Assembly: GCA_951406725.2 (NCBI GenBank)
Contig: OX597825.1
Location: 66,774,001 to 66,838,000, forward strand
DNA length: 64,000 nucleotides
Direction of reading: 5' to 3'
Source: Octopus vulgaris
Taxonomy: Eukaryota
Shown here: one piece after another, positions 43,881-58,342 of the stretch
How positions within the stretch are numbered: the stretch's first letter is position 1
Layout: every line of letters begins with the position of its first letter
Made by a program: the position numbers and the translations under genes
Notes under the pieces: generated by a model
Seen by the model: the letters and a program-made list of their open reading frames with translations, nothing else
Database searches by the model: none
Told to the model about the DNA's origin: nothing

Positions 43881-44889
43881 TATGGTACGCTTACTCTCAA
43901 AGTTTACGACTACCGTTAAATACCTACAGTAATACTGAAACTACACTACGACAGGGATGGATTCAGAGGGGATATATGCCCGTGGGTATATGGCGTAGTG
44001 GTTGTCATTATTAGCTCCGAATAATTTTAGACGACTTTTTATGTCATAAATCACAATTTTTGAACTACAGAAATTGCATTTCCCATCTATATCATTCATT
44101 GATATTTCATACATATTCGCTTTTGATACTATAGTTTTAAAAAAAACTAAAATTATATTACTGCAAGTGAATAGATAAGGATAACTATGCATTTTTTCAG
44201 CGATTCCCATTTGGGACTTTTCGAAAACTTATCTATTGTATAGAGAATCTGTACACCCCCGTGATTGGCTAAGTAAGCTATAGTGTTAGTTTAAATGAGC
44301 ATGCGCACAACAGCCTGAAAGAGAGTCTTATGCACAGTCATAGTGTACAGGTCGTAGGAATTACTGAATAGGGATATCATGAAATGCCTGTTGAACATAC
44401 ACAGTTGGAGAGTAATAAGAGAACATCAAAAACGTTTAATATTATAACAGTTCTGATATAACAGCCACGACGTACCAAGTCGTACGTCATATCATTATCA
44501 TAATTTCCAAAACAATTCACATATAAAGGAAATTTAAATACTATATATTATTTTAACTCTTAAGACACCCGGCAAACCAAAACATACGAGTAAAAAGATT
44601 TGGCAGTTAATGAGTTAATACTGAATCAAGCCATCAAGATTTAGTGATGTTAGGATGTTGCTTTGCAACCTCGAGGTTTGGAGTTCAGTCCCAACATAGC
44701 GGTAGTTTCCGTCTACCAAATTTAATCACAATACTATGTTAATAAATTTGGTAGACGGAAACTGCGTGGAAGCCTGTCGTATGTGTGTGTGAGAGAGAGA
44801 TAGAAAGAGAGACAAAGAGAGTATGATGTGTATTTGTCCTTCCAACTGCTTGATAACTAATGAGGCTAGGACACACATAGATACCCATA

Positions 44890-45003
44890 CACGCACACAC
44901 GCATGCACACATACACACACGCATGCACATAGACACACACGCATGCACACAGACACACACGCATGCACACAGACACACACGCATGCACACAGACACACAC
45001 GCA
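44890..45003. repeat. 20-bp minisatellite (ACACACACGCATGCACACAG), about 6 units
   Basis: Direct reading. Confidence 0.85.
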
Positions 45004-45107
45004 TATACATACATGCGTATATATATTTTTGTATTGGATATATAATATAACGAAGCAGGCGGGAAAGAGAGTATTTACACGACGCACTACTATCGCTTGT
45101 ACATAAG

Positions 45108-45176
<69 letters not shown>

Positions 45177-46479
45177 TACATATATATATTCTAAATATAC
45201 GTACAATTATCATAAATTATATTCACTATATTTAAGAACTCCATAATTTACGCATAGTTCAACTTCAATAATATATTAGAATGCAATCGACTTCTGGCGA
45301 AATAGATACCGCATTACATTTTAATTAATCAATTATGTATGTTAATAGTGTAATTTAATAATTGATGATGTTTCAACTCTATTGAAACATTTGTAAAGTA
45401 CAGTTTCGTGCGCACACTTACAAAAATTATTTCTATTGACGTGTTACATTTCCATTCTTTATTATTTGAAGTGTAAAACTGCTTACATGCTTTTGGAAAT
45501 TTTGTATACATTTTAACATGTATATTGATGTATGAGAGTGTATATTTACAGCTACATAGGCGAAATGCATGGATGTGTATTTGTGAATGCAGCAACATGT
45601 GTATGTGTAAGCATCAAGCGTTATTATGCGTGTGTGTGCTTTCTAAACGTTGCTATATAATAACTAGCTGTAACAAAATCTAAAATAGAAGACCGTTATG
45701 AAAAAAGCTGTCACTTATATTAAATGAAAATATAAAAAAATGTGATACACTGAGAAAGTTGTTTAAGATGTTCTATTTCTATAAGCAATCAGTTCAGTGA
45801 GGCATATATCAACTAGCAACACAGGATATTAATCTTTGATTGCAGCTCGTAATTCCTGGATGCCGTCGATGCTGTATTGGTTGACACCTATTTTTATGAT
45901 ACGAACATAAGGAATGTTGAAATCCGAGGAAAAAGAACATCAGTGGCAAAAGATTTACAACCGTTAATATTAACACTTTTAGCTGTTAGATAATTGATCA
46001 TGTAATCATGCACTTGTGATGCTAATAAAATAAAGCGAGGCCCCATCCTACAGAAAATATTAATAGAGACCTTGGCAACATAAAACGACCAGGACAGACC
46101 GAATCTTTTAATATCTGGACCTGCTTGTCAGCACGTGTCAACAAGAACGAAGGTCACAGTCAAAATTAGAACTTTGCAACAAAAAATTAGAACATTGCAA
46201 CACAAATGCACAATCCAGGACTCACCCTATCGTTTCTTATAGTTACATCACGTTTTCGGAAACATACAATATGCATTTATGCCAACTGATGATTCCCTCT
46301 ACCTAAGGTATTGGCTCCTTGTCCCTAAATTATACGATCACGAAAATTAGGATCATTATGAAGGTACGCCAATGTTTCGTTGCAGAATTATACACGACTT
46401 TGGACGAGTATAATTCCTTTAATACTTACTAGCGGAAAACTGCCCAAAGGTCAGCACTTCTACTAGTAATGATAATAAT

Positions 46480-46900
46480 AATACCATCTAATATAGGCAC
46501 AGGGTCTGAAATTTTAGGGAGCGAGCTAGTCAGTTGCATCAACATTAGAGCTCAAATGATACTTATTTTATAGATCCCGAAAGGCAAAATTAATGTCAGC
46601 GAAATTTGATCTCAGAAGGTGAACCCCGAAAAAATACCGCAAGCATTTTGTACGGCTTTCAAAGGATTCTGCCAGCTCACCACCTTCATAATAATGGTTT
46701 CAAATTTTGGCACAAGGTCCGCAATTTCGGGGGAAGTGCGAAGCCGATTACATTGACTCCAGTGCTCAACTCATACTTATTTTATCGACCTCGAAAGGAT
46801 GAAATGCTAAGTCGACCTCGGCGGAATTTGAAGATCTGAACGTAAGCATTATGTCCAAGGCGGTAATGCTTCTGTCAACTCGCCGCCTATTTAACAACAA

Positions 46901-46989
<89 letters not shown>

Positions 46990-47183
46990 TATAAATAAGG
47001 GTATACTAGGCACATGCATCACGTGCTCATATGGTTGTAATGCATGTGCCTAGTGTACTCTTATCAGACGGGTAGTCAATATGGGTATACTGGGCTTCGT
47101 ATATTTTATCCCAGTGTCACTTTGATGGCATGCACTGCTCTCTCACTCACTCAATAATGATAATAATAATAATAATGATGATG

Positions 47184-47263
<80 letters not shown>

Positions 47264-47504
47264 CCTTTCTATTATAGGCTTAAGGCCTGTAATTTGGGTG
47301 AGTGAGATAGTCAATTACATCGACCCCAGTACTCAACTGGTACTTAATTTAGCAACCCCGAAAGGAAGAAAGGCAAAGTCGACCTCGACAGAATTTGATC
47401 TCAGAACGTGAAGACGTAGAAAATGATGCTATGCATTTTACGTGGAGCGTTAACGATTCTACCAACTAATAATACTACTACTACTACTACTACTACTACT
47501 AATA

Positions 47505-47554
<50 letters not shown>

Positions 47555-48031
47555 GATAATGATACTAAAAATAATATCCCTTTCTACTACAGGCACAAAG
47601 CCTGAAATTTTTGGGGGTAGAGGTTAAGTCGATTACATCGACCCCAGGGTTCAACTGATACTTATTTCATCGAGTCCGAAAGGGTGTAAGACAGAGTCGA
47701 CCTCAGCGGAATTTGAACTCAGAATGCAAGGACGGGCGAAATGATTCTAAACGTTTCGTCCAGCGTGCTAACAATCCTGCCAGCTCACCGCTTTCACCTT
47801 GATGATATTTAATCCTTTCTATTATGGGCACAAGGCCTGAAATTTGGGGGTGGGAGGGGATAGTCGATTACATTTGAGCCCTGTGTTTCATTGGTTCTTA
47901 ATTTATCAAACCCCAAAAGGATGAAAGGCAAAGTCGACCTCGGCGGAATGTGAACACAAAACGTAAGGACGGAGCAAACGCTGCTAAGCATTTTGACCGA
48001 CCTGCTAGCGATTCTGCCAGCTCGCCGCCTT
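46480..48031 (-). mobile_element. Cluster of 5 minus-strand SINE family B (tail 2) copies interleaved with (AAT)n/(ACT)n and a family T fragment
   Basis: Repeated AATCCTTTCTA..GGCACAAGGCCTGAAATTT..GTCGATTACATCGACCCCAG units. Confidence 0.8.
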
Positions 48032-48038
48032 CAAGGTG

Positions 48039-48455
48039 AAGGCGGTGAGCTGGCAGAATCGTTAGCACGTCGGGCGAAATGCTTAGCGGTATTTCGTCTG
48101 TCGTTACGTTGTGAGTTCAAATTTCGCCGAGGTCGACTTTGCCTTTCATCCTTTCGGGGTCGATAAATTAAGTACCAGCTATGCACTGGGGTCGATGTAA
48201 TCGACTTAATACCTCTGTCTGTCCTTGTTTGTCCCCTCTATGTTTAGCCCCTTGTGGGTAATAAAGAAATAGGTATTTCGTCTGTCATTACGTTCTGAGT
48301 TCAAATTCCGCCGAGGTCGACTTTGTCTTTCATCCTTTCGGGGTCGATATATTAAGTACCAGTTACGCACTGGAGTCGATGTAATCGACTTAATCCCTTT
48401 GTCTGTCCTTGTTTGTCCCCTCTATGTTTAGCCCCTTGTGGGCAGTGAAGAAATA
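48039..48455 (+). mobile_element. SINE family B dimer (tail 1), head-to-head with the preceding copy
   Basis: Two tandem units joined by AAAGAAATAGGTATTTCGTC. Confidence 0.9.
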
Positions 48456-49094
48456 CATAATAACAATAATGGTTTCGAATTTTCCAACAAGGGCAGAAAT
48501 TTTGGCTGAGGGAACGAGCCGATTATATCGACCCCAGTGTTCTACTGGTACTTAACTTATCGATCCGGAAAAGATGAAAGGTAAATTCAACCACGGTGAA
48601 ATAATTAATAAGTTTTAGTGATAAATGTCCAACAAAGCTTAACGCGCGTCTATGTTACAGAGTGACAGGCAACATTATTATATGATTCTTTGAAGACAAA
48701 CAGAAAGTTTTCTAAGTTACTAACTGAAGTTAGTAACTAAAGTTACTAACTAAAGTTGAAGTCGATGAAATTCGAATACTTTCATTTGTGTCATAGCTAT
48801 GTTAATTCAATATTTAAAAATTTAAATGAGTAATATGTAAAAATTGCCTGAAGATAATGTTATACTGTATCCTTATTAACAGACTTTTCCCTTAAACTAT
48901 GGCAGACACTTGAAAACCAAACTGAAGCACTTCATTAAATAAGTCTACGCTCGTCCATTTGCTAAACGTAATACCGATCGATTGGCTGGTTGCCGGATGA
49001 CCTCTCGAGTACTTCTAACACTAACGTTTAAGTAAAATTGGTTAATGAATTAATACGCGTTCTTTCTTCTTTCTTCTGAAACAAGCAAAACACA

Positions 49095-49162
<68 letters not shown>

Positions 49163-49255
49163 CACATACACAGATACACGCACACATATATATACATATA
49201 CATATATATATATATATATATTATATATTTATAAATATATACGTGTATATATATA

Positions 49256-49307
<52 letters not shown>

Positions 49308-50994
49308 TATCATATTGAATATATATATATATATATTATATTTTATATACCATATAATATTATATGCATATATATATACACACACACATATGTACATACA
49401 CATACACACACATACACACACACACATATATAATATATATTATATATTATATTAGATATACATACATATACATACGCGCGCGCGCACACACACACACACA
49501 CACATATATGATTATGTATGTATGTATGTTTGGATAGAGAATTGAAAATTCATTTTTATCATACTATCTTAATATAAAATGTAATTGGATATTATAATTC
49601 TGTTTACATGTTTCATAATGCTTTCGCATAACAACTTATGATAGAGTATCTACACACACATACACACACACACAAGTACACGTGCGCGCACACAGTTATC
49701 ATCTGAGACGCCATGTGTCAATGACACCCATGTGTATAAATGTTGAGTTTTTTTACTTAGATGTTTATTATACAATCTTCAGTGGTCCTTATGTTTATTT
49801 TGCAACAAATAGAAGAGAGAGAGAGAGAGAGAGAAATGCCGCTCGTCAACGTGAAACCACAAACGTTGCAAAACCACAAAATGTATTTCAGAAATTTAAT
49901 TTAATTTAATTTACAAACTTCAAAGTAAACATGAAAGCTGCCGACTTTATGGCTCAAAGTATAACATCGGACACACAAGGAGAATTCTTTCTCTTCGGTT
50001 GACCATGCATTTAGCATCGCTAGCCATTGAAGCATAGACTGCGCACAGAACAAAATTGGATAGGGAGGCATTAATTCATATCACCCTCAAAATGTATAAA
50101 TTTTAAAATATCAAAAAATAAAAAAAAAGATCAATTATGACAGCATAATTAATAGCGAAATATAAACCAAGAATTCACACAGGTATAGCGATGTACCACA
50201 TATTAGTGAAATATGAAATGTAAAGGAATTAGCTTTTGAATAATTTTGTCCGGATTTTGTGATTTTATTAGTTACTAGCTTTAATACCCGGCGTTATCTC
50301 AACGTATGGTCTCAGGGAATCAATGTTAATGTTCTAAAGTAAATTATTTAAATTACAGCAGAGTTTCTTGGTAAACCTTTAGCAAAATTTCGGCGTTTTT
50401 GTTTCAAGTACCCAACGCCGGATCTTTATGTTTTAAACGAAGGCGATAGCATTTCTGCCAAGAATTCCTAAATCAAATTTCTTCGACACTCCTCTCGTTA
50501 TGTTTAGCCCTAATTCTAAACACTATCCATAAAACCGAAACCCAAATCCTACAGCCTAACTGCACAGCCTAACCATACAATGTAAACATTATACGTTTAC
50601 CCTAAACCTTAAATCTAAACTCTGACTCTATGCTTATATGTAAAGCATAACATTAATCCCTAAACGCTAACCTTAAATCCTAAAGCCTAGCTCTAAATCG
50701 TAAAACTAGATCCAAAATTACCTATAAAACATGAAATAGATGTCATTAATGGATTCACATTACTGCAATTCGACATTGCAGCAACTATTACATGCTTATA
50801 CACCTTCACTCCAAGCACTGCTGTAAAAGTGGAAGTGAGCTAGACCGTTAAAACTTAGTGTGCATGCACCACAGAGTTCACGATCAATCTGTGCCAAATG
50901 GTTTTACTCTGCGTTACTATGGCAATAGTCCGGATACTTATTGATCAGACCACGTATATATATATATATATATGATATAAATAATATATATATA

Positions 50995-51393
50995 TTCTTT
51001 TATTCTTTTATTTGTTTCATGACAGCGGCCATGCTGGAGCACCGCCTTTAGTCGAGCAAATCGGCCCCAGGGCTTATTCTTTGTCAGCCTAGCACTTACT
51101 CTATCGGTCTCTCTTGATAAGTGACGGGGACGTAGACACACCAGCATCGGTTGTCAAGCGATGTTGGGGGGACAAACACAGACACGCAAACATATATACA
51201 CACACACATATATATAGATATACATATATACGACGGACTTCTTTCAGTTTCCGTCTACCAAATCCACTCACAAGGCTTTGGTCAGCCCGAGGCTATAGTA
51301 GAAGACACTTGCCCAAGGTGCCACGCAGTGGGACTGAACTAGGAACCATATGGTTGGTAAGCAAGCTACTTACCACACAGCCACTCCTGCGCC
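50995..51393 (-). mobile_element. SINE family A, full length
   Basis: Family A match. Confidence 0.9.
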
Positions 51394-51477
51394 TATATAA
51401 AATATAAAATACCTGTAACTAGGTAAATAAAATCTTCGAACAGACGGTCAGTAGCGACACCTGCGGGTCTGACTACG

Positions 51478-51518
51478 CTGCATTGATAAAGGGCAACAAC
51501 CCTGAAACATGTCTGCAG
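51478..51518 (+). ncRNA. Minimal type-I hammerhead motif, U3-A8 covariant core
   Basis: CTGCA-TTGATAA-AGGG(CAACAA)CCCT-GAA-ACATGT-C-TGCAG, within a ca. 350-bp element (51400-51755). Confidence 0.75.
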
Positions 51519-52121
51519 ATGTCTGACTAGCAAGGTGAAGCCGATGACCTCCCCTGTTCGAAGGTTTGAAATGGACGCAGGTTCGTGTGTCAAATAGCTA
51601 GCTAGAGGCGATGGCCTCTTGGAGCTAATCAGCGACAGCTTTAGTCTTATATTTATAGACTACCATATTAGTATGGCGATAACTATTAATATCCAGTAAC
51701 GCTGCCGTAATCTCCTTTAGAGAGACTTAGTAATTTTAATATTTCTATTATTAAATATATATATATAACTGGGTAAGAACTTTCCTGTCATTGCTCCATA
51801 ACTTTCCCTTCTCGTTTTTGTCAAATGCATCCAATTATTTGCAACATCTTATTCTTTGTCGACCTTTGTTTCTTTGCGCATTCCTGTTGTTGTTTTATTA
51901 CATTATTCCACATTATTCCAATCCTAATGTTTTCATGGACATCAGTTTTCTTGTTGGAATTGTGGGCACGTGGCATTGAATGTAAACTATCTTTTATGGC
52001 TTAGGTTTATTTTGATTTGAAAATGGAATCCTTCCTCCTGGATGTTTACCGGCAGTTTTATTTCTTCTCGCTTTTTTTTGTCTTAGAAACTTGACAAGTT
52101 ACGAGTAACTATGTACTATTT

Positions 52122-52732
52122 TGAAGTATATTTACCACCTAAAGTGGCTAACCCTATGGGTCGATGCTACTGTAGTTTGTAGCCCCAGGAAGACATTTCC
52201 TCCAGCTGGCTATTGATAGGGCACAGATAGTGTGTCAATAGCCAGCTGGAGGAGATGTCTTCCTAGGGCTACAAGCTACAGTAGCATCGACCCTTAAGGA
52301 TTAGCCACATTTAGGTGGCAAATATACATCACGATGTCGAGCTGCTACTGTTTATAACTCGCTCAGAGATTTATTTTGCTTGTTCCCACTTTTTCGAGAT
52401 CACTGACTTTTCGTCACTGGATAAGTCTATATATTTGCATTGAGAACCACTTCCAATCGCCAATCGTTGGTTGTCACGCGCTGATGAGGGGTCAATACCC
52501 AGAAACTCGGGTCCGTGTGTATCACGTCAGGCTGGAGATGAGAACGATGACTTCCCTTTGCAAATACTGATATGGCACAGATAGTGTGTCAATAACCAGC
52601 TGGAGGAGATGTTTGCCTGGGGCTACAAGCTACAATAGCATCAGCCCTTAAGGGTTAGCCATATTTAGGTGGCAAATATACTTCACAATGTCGTGTTACT
52701 ACTGTATATATCTCGCTCAGAGATTTATTATA
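52122..52732 (+). mobile_element. Retrozyme/PLE-like non-coding element: inverted segment plus about 155-bp direct repeats around an HHR
   Basis: Inverted arm 52122-52217; direct repeats about 52220-52375 and 52575-52729; candidate TSD TACTATTT at 52114-52121 and 52733-52740. Confidence 0.75.
52475..52519 (+). ncRNA. Minimal type-I hammerhead motif, canonical core
   Basis: CACGCG-CTGATGA-G-GGGT(CAAT)ACCC-A-GAA-ACTCGGGT-C-CGTGTG. Confidence 0.8.
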
Positions 52733-52857
52733 TACTATTTGTTGATACGTTTCTTCGTATTTGATATCAGGAACTTCATCTATCAGTTTATGGGATATGA
52801 TAGTTTCCATGTCCATTCTTATTCTTAGTGGTTTGCCTTATATACAGGTTTCGATGT

Positions 52858-53045
52858 AAGGCACAAGGCTAGCAATTTCGCAGGAGGAGTAAGTCAATTA
52901 CATCGACCTCAGTACTCAACTGGTACATATTTCAACGACTCCAAAAGGAAGAAAGCCGAAGTCCACAACTGCGGAATTTGAACTCATGACGTAAAGACGA
53001 ACGAAATGCCGCTAAGAAATTTTCTCAGATGCTACGCCTTGCCTT
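52858..53045 (-). mobile_element. SINE family B (tail 2), diverged
   Basis: Family B match. Confidence 0.7.
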
Positions 53046-53522
53046 ACACATTAAGCTGGTTTTGATTTCTATTGGGTATTCCTAAAATAGGAACTATGCT
53101 TTCTGCAAATAGGAGCTATGTGTGAAACTCGCCGTAGTTTTACCAATTCCTGTATCGTTGTACATCCGATTCTTCTATACAGGGTGTGAATACTTCAATG
53201 GGATTCAAATCTCCCAATTCAATCACATGCCATCATTGAGGGGAAATTTCATCGAATTTCTGTGTGGTCTAAAGAAATAAGGGTGTTACATTATTTTGTT
53301 ATGGAGCTTTACTACTCAGTTCTTTGATTGTGTAATCTATATTGTCGGATGTGCTGAGAAGTGTGTCTACTGCTTCTTTTACACTGAATAAGAAGCAATG
53401 GATCAAAGAATATGATCTGCTCTAATATGCAATAAGCAAGAATGATACGTTAGAATCATAACACCTTATACATTCAGATATGCAAACACACACAGACGCG
53501 CGCGCGTGTGTATATATATACA

Positions 53523-53561
<39 letters not shown>

Positions 53562-53748
53562 CAATACACCATACAAAATAACGATATAATATGCACAAAT
53601 AATATATATAATATAGATATTTATATATATACAGTATAAATATATATAATATAAAAAAATATATAATACATATATATTTCTACAAGCACACACACACATA
53701 CATATAAATATATATTGTATTTACTTTCATACTATACATCTATATATA

Positions 53749-53794
<46 letters not shown>

Positions 53795-53841
53795 CATATT
53801 CCCATATATAAGGTATATGTGAATGTGTATATACCTATATA

Positions 53842-53940
<99 letters not shown>

Positions 53941-54152
53941 CTATAGATATATAATTACATTTATATATAAGTATATCCAGATACTGGGTGTCCATAAATT
54001 ACCTGTGCAACTGCAAAATTCAAACATAGAAAAATTTTAAAAAAACTAGGATAACACAGCAGAATTTATTGGCAAAAAATTAAGTTTTATTAGAAATACT
54101 AGAACAGATTCATGTGGCCTCCATTGGTCGCACACAACAAGAAGAGATAGAT

Positions 54153-54187
<35 letters not shown>

Positions 54188-55066
54188 AAGAGAGAGAGGA
54201 GGGGGAGAGGGAGTGACACACAGAGCAAAAAACGGGGAGCAGGGAAATCGGAAGAAAGAAAGCGAAGGTCAGGGAGAAAAAGAGTCAGCAAATCTCTTAT
54301 AGTATTAGAAAGTTACTGTGTCTGACGATTACTATTATTATCAGTTTTTTTCCTTTTCTGTTACTAATCATATTTTACATGGAACTACACACCGCAGATA
54401 TATATACAGTATCTGTACGAGCAGCGATTCTTATTAATGTTATTATTATTGCTATTGTTATTATTATTATTATTATTATTATTGTTGTTGTTGTTGTTCT
54501 TGTTGTTTGTTGTTGTTGTTGTTGTTGTTGTTGTTTTTGTTGTTGATGCTGTTACTGTTTACGCTTTTTTGTTTGCGCTCTCAGAGCATAGAATTACCTC
54601 GGATGTAATCATCAGGTAATATTTATTTTTTTAAAGATTTTTATTTCTAATTTTCGGGTGTTCTTTTGTAATGTTCTCCCTCGTGCGTATATGTATGTGC
54701 ATGTGTACGTGTGTGTGTGTGTGTGTTTCTGTGTGTTTGCATGTATGTATGTGTATGTATGCGTATGGATATGCGACTGTTTTTGTGTCAATATGAGTGT
54801 ATGTGTAGCTCTATGAATGGTTATATGTATGTCTATGTACGCTTGTATATGTATGCGCGTGTACATGCGTGTGTGTGTGTGTGAGTGTGTGTGTGCATGT
54901 GTATGTGTGCATTTATGTATGTATCTATAGGCATGTAAGTGTATATAAAAAATACGTTTCATGAATTTAAGTAGCAAAAAAGGATTTTATACAGAAATAA
55001 ATTTTTGCATGAAATATACAACCTATTTATTATACGCTAACACCTTAGCCGTATATTAACACTTGC

Positions 55067-55190
<124 letters not shown>

Positions 55191-55314
55191 AGTAGATAGG
55201 TAGGTAGGTAGATTGATAAATAAAAACATACATACTTACATACATATATATATATATATATAAATATATAAATATATATATAAATACACACATATATACA
55301 CACATATACATATA

Positions 55315-55357
<43 letters not shown>

Positions 55358-55441
55358 TTATTTATTTATTTATATACATACATATTTGTATATTTATATG
55401 TTCACACACATATATGCGTATATACATGTATATGAATAAAC

Positions 55442-55477
<36 letters not shown>

Positions 55478-55990
55478 ATAGGTACGTAGATAGATTGATA
55501 GGTAGGTAGATTGATAGATAGAAGCATACATACATACATACTTACATAATATATATATATAAACACGCACATGTATACACTTAATCATACATATAAACAT
55601 AAATATATATTTATATATATAAAAACATATATATATATATATATATATTTATATATTCACACACATGTTTACGTATATATATATGTATATTAATATACGT
55701 GATTCTCTCCCCCTCTCTCTGTGTGTGTGCTTATATATATATAATATATAAATATATGCATATATACATATATGTACATACCTACATATATATGTATATG
55801 CGGAAACTTTCTCATTCGGTAGCATGGTAACGGATGATATGAAATAGTATATTTATTTATTTACTTATTTGATCTAAGGAGATATTTTAATGTTGAAACA
55901 TATACTTTAGAAGTTAGTTATTATACATAGAGAATTGAAGCTTCTCAGGTTTCCCACCCGTTGTCTTAGTGTGTTTGTGTATGTGTATGC

Positions 55991-56026
<36 letters not shown>

Positions 56027-56179
56027 CTGTGTGTTTCTATGTGTGTATGTATGTGTTACTGTGTGTATTTGTATATATATATATATGAGAGAAAGAGAGA
56101 GAGAGAGACGTAGTGAAAGAGAGGATGAACATAATTATGCGAGATAGAGATAAAGATATAGATAGATAGGTAGATAGAG

Positions 56180-56262
<83 letters not shown>

Positions 56263-56659
56263 GAAAGTGAGAGAGTGAGAGAGAGGGGATGAAAGGATTG
56301 AGAGAAAGTGAGAAAGAGATTCAGTGTCATGTTACAACTACCTGAAGGAAATGAAACGTGATGTTATGAACGAACTGCTCACACACATCCATATAAAGCT
56401 TTAGTCACACATACATACGTACAACCACAAGCACAACACACACAGACGCAAAACGTACAACTGCACATATGTGTGTGCTTGTATTTAATAAGCAAATATT
56501 TTATTTACTGTAATATCTTATATGTAAGTAAAAATGAGCTCAGAGAAATGACTCCGAGTAACCGGAGGTATGTATTTGAATACCATAGATAAATACAGGT
56601 ATATGAAATACTATACAGCATAAATCTTTGATTTAAAAAAAAAATATCAACCTCTAGAG

Positions 56660-57299
56660 GAGAATACTTGATCCTTGATATCCTTCTTGTGCAGAAAGAT
56701 TACAAACGTAGACATGACAAGGTAGCCCAAAACCTCCAATGGCTAGTATCCCATAAGCATGGATATGAGTTTACGGGTGCTTGGTACCAACATACACCGA
56801 AAAAGGTAATCGACGAAAAGAGGAAGGCGAAGGTTCTCTGAGACTTTGATTTCCAGACAGTCAAGGTATTAGAATACCGAAGGCCGGATATAGCAACTTT
56901 TAGGAGGAACAAATATGAGTGCCTAATAATTGACGTGGCAATGCCAGATCAACAAATCATCATGTGAGAAAGAGAAAAGGTTGATATATATGGAGACCTG
57001 AGAATTGAGATCGGTTAAAACATGGCAGCTACGAGAGTCAAACATAGGTTATCCCTATTGTCATCGGAGCATTGGATTCTGACCAGCCAATCTGCAAAAA
57101 AAAAAAGTCTGAAAACTTTAGAAATGTTCTACAATCTGGGTATATTGGAAAAGTTGGCATTACTTGGAATTGCCCGCATATTGCGTAAAGAACTGTCTGT
57201 TTGAGGTCCTTGTTGCGACTTGATAAACAGTACAAACACCCGGAAGACAATATCTTCAATTCGGCAGACTCAGGATATTGTATACAGTGCGACGTCTAT

Positions 57300-57300
<1 letters not shown>
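56660..57300 (+). pseudogene. Decayed RLE-type (R4/R2-like) LINE 3' end
   Basis: YKRRHDKVAQNLQW, DFDFQT..RRPDI, CLIIDVAMP, LEKLALLGIARILRKEL; ends in (AAC)n/(AAT)n. Confidence 0.8.
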
Positions 57301-57338
<38 letters not shown>

Positions 57339-57447
57339 AATAATAACAATAACAATAATATTAATAATAATGGTTGTGTTGCATGTGCCTGGTGTACCAT
57401 TATCAGACGGGTAGTCATGATGGGTATACTGGGCTCCCTCAATAATG

Positions 57448-57523
<76 letters not shown>

Positions 57524-57989
57524 GCAGAAGAAGAGGAAGAAGGGAAAGAGGATAGGAAGAATGAGAAAGATGAGAAAGGAGAAGAGGAGGGGGAGGAGAA
57601 TGAGGAGGAGGAGGAGGACCGCCCGAGCCGTCTTACAGAAGATAACGCTCGATTGGTCCGAAAAAATATTTAATAACGATGATGAAAGGGACAACAAATG
57701 AAATCGAAAATAATAATTGACGTAAATGTTGAGGTTTACCTGTTATAATATCTCATAAAATCTATTGGCCATTATCATGTATAATTGATGTATTATAAAT
57801 ATTCAGATTATTCGACGACCCCATACAACGCGTAAATATACTTGGAGTCTGATCAATATCAATGATAGATCAACTGTTTTGGTACCCCATCAACATATGC
57901 TGACAAATTACTCAATTATAGATTATTCAAATATAACCTGTAACGTTTAATACAAAACTGTTAATAGGTGAGTACGTACATTGATTCCT

Positions 57990-58342
57990 ATTTTGATTCT
58001 TTACTGCCCACAAGGGGCTAGACACAGAGGGGACAAACAAGGACAGACAAACGGATTAAGTCGATTATATAGACGCTAGTGTGTAACTGGTACTTATTTC
58101 ATCGATCCCGAAAGGATGAAAAGCAAAGTCGACCGCGGCGGAATTTGAACTCAGAACGTAGCGGTAGACGAAATACCTATTTCTTTACTGCCCACAAGGG
58201 GCTAAACACAGACAGGACAAACAAGGACAGACAGACGGATTAAGTCGATTATATCGACCTAGTATGTAACTGGTATATATTTAATCGACACCGAAAGGAT
58301 GAAAGGCAAAGTCGACCTCGGCGGAATTTGAACTCAGAACGT
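57990..58342 (-). mobile_element. SINE family B dimer (tail 1), 5'-truncated
   Basis: Family B match, twice. Confidence 0.85.

Noticed and set aside
43306-44592. Possible pogo/Tigger-like element starting TACCGTATTTCC
   Set aside because: The right-hand TIR is too degenerate and no transposase motif was found.
50505-50725. Degenerate (CCTAA/TAACC)-like runs suggesting interstitial telomere
   Set aside because: Too irregular; more likely the internal repeat of an old non-autonomous element.
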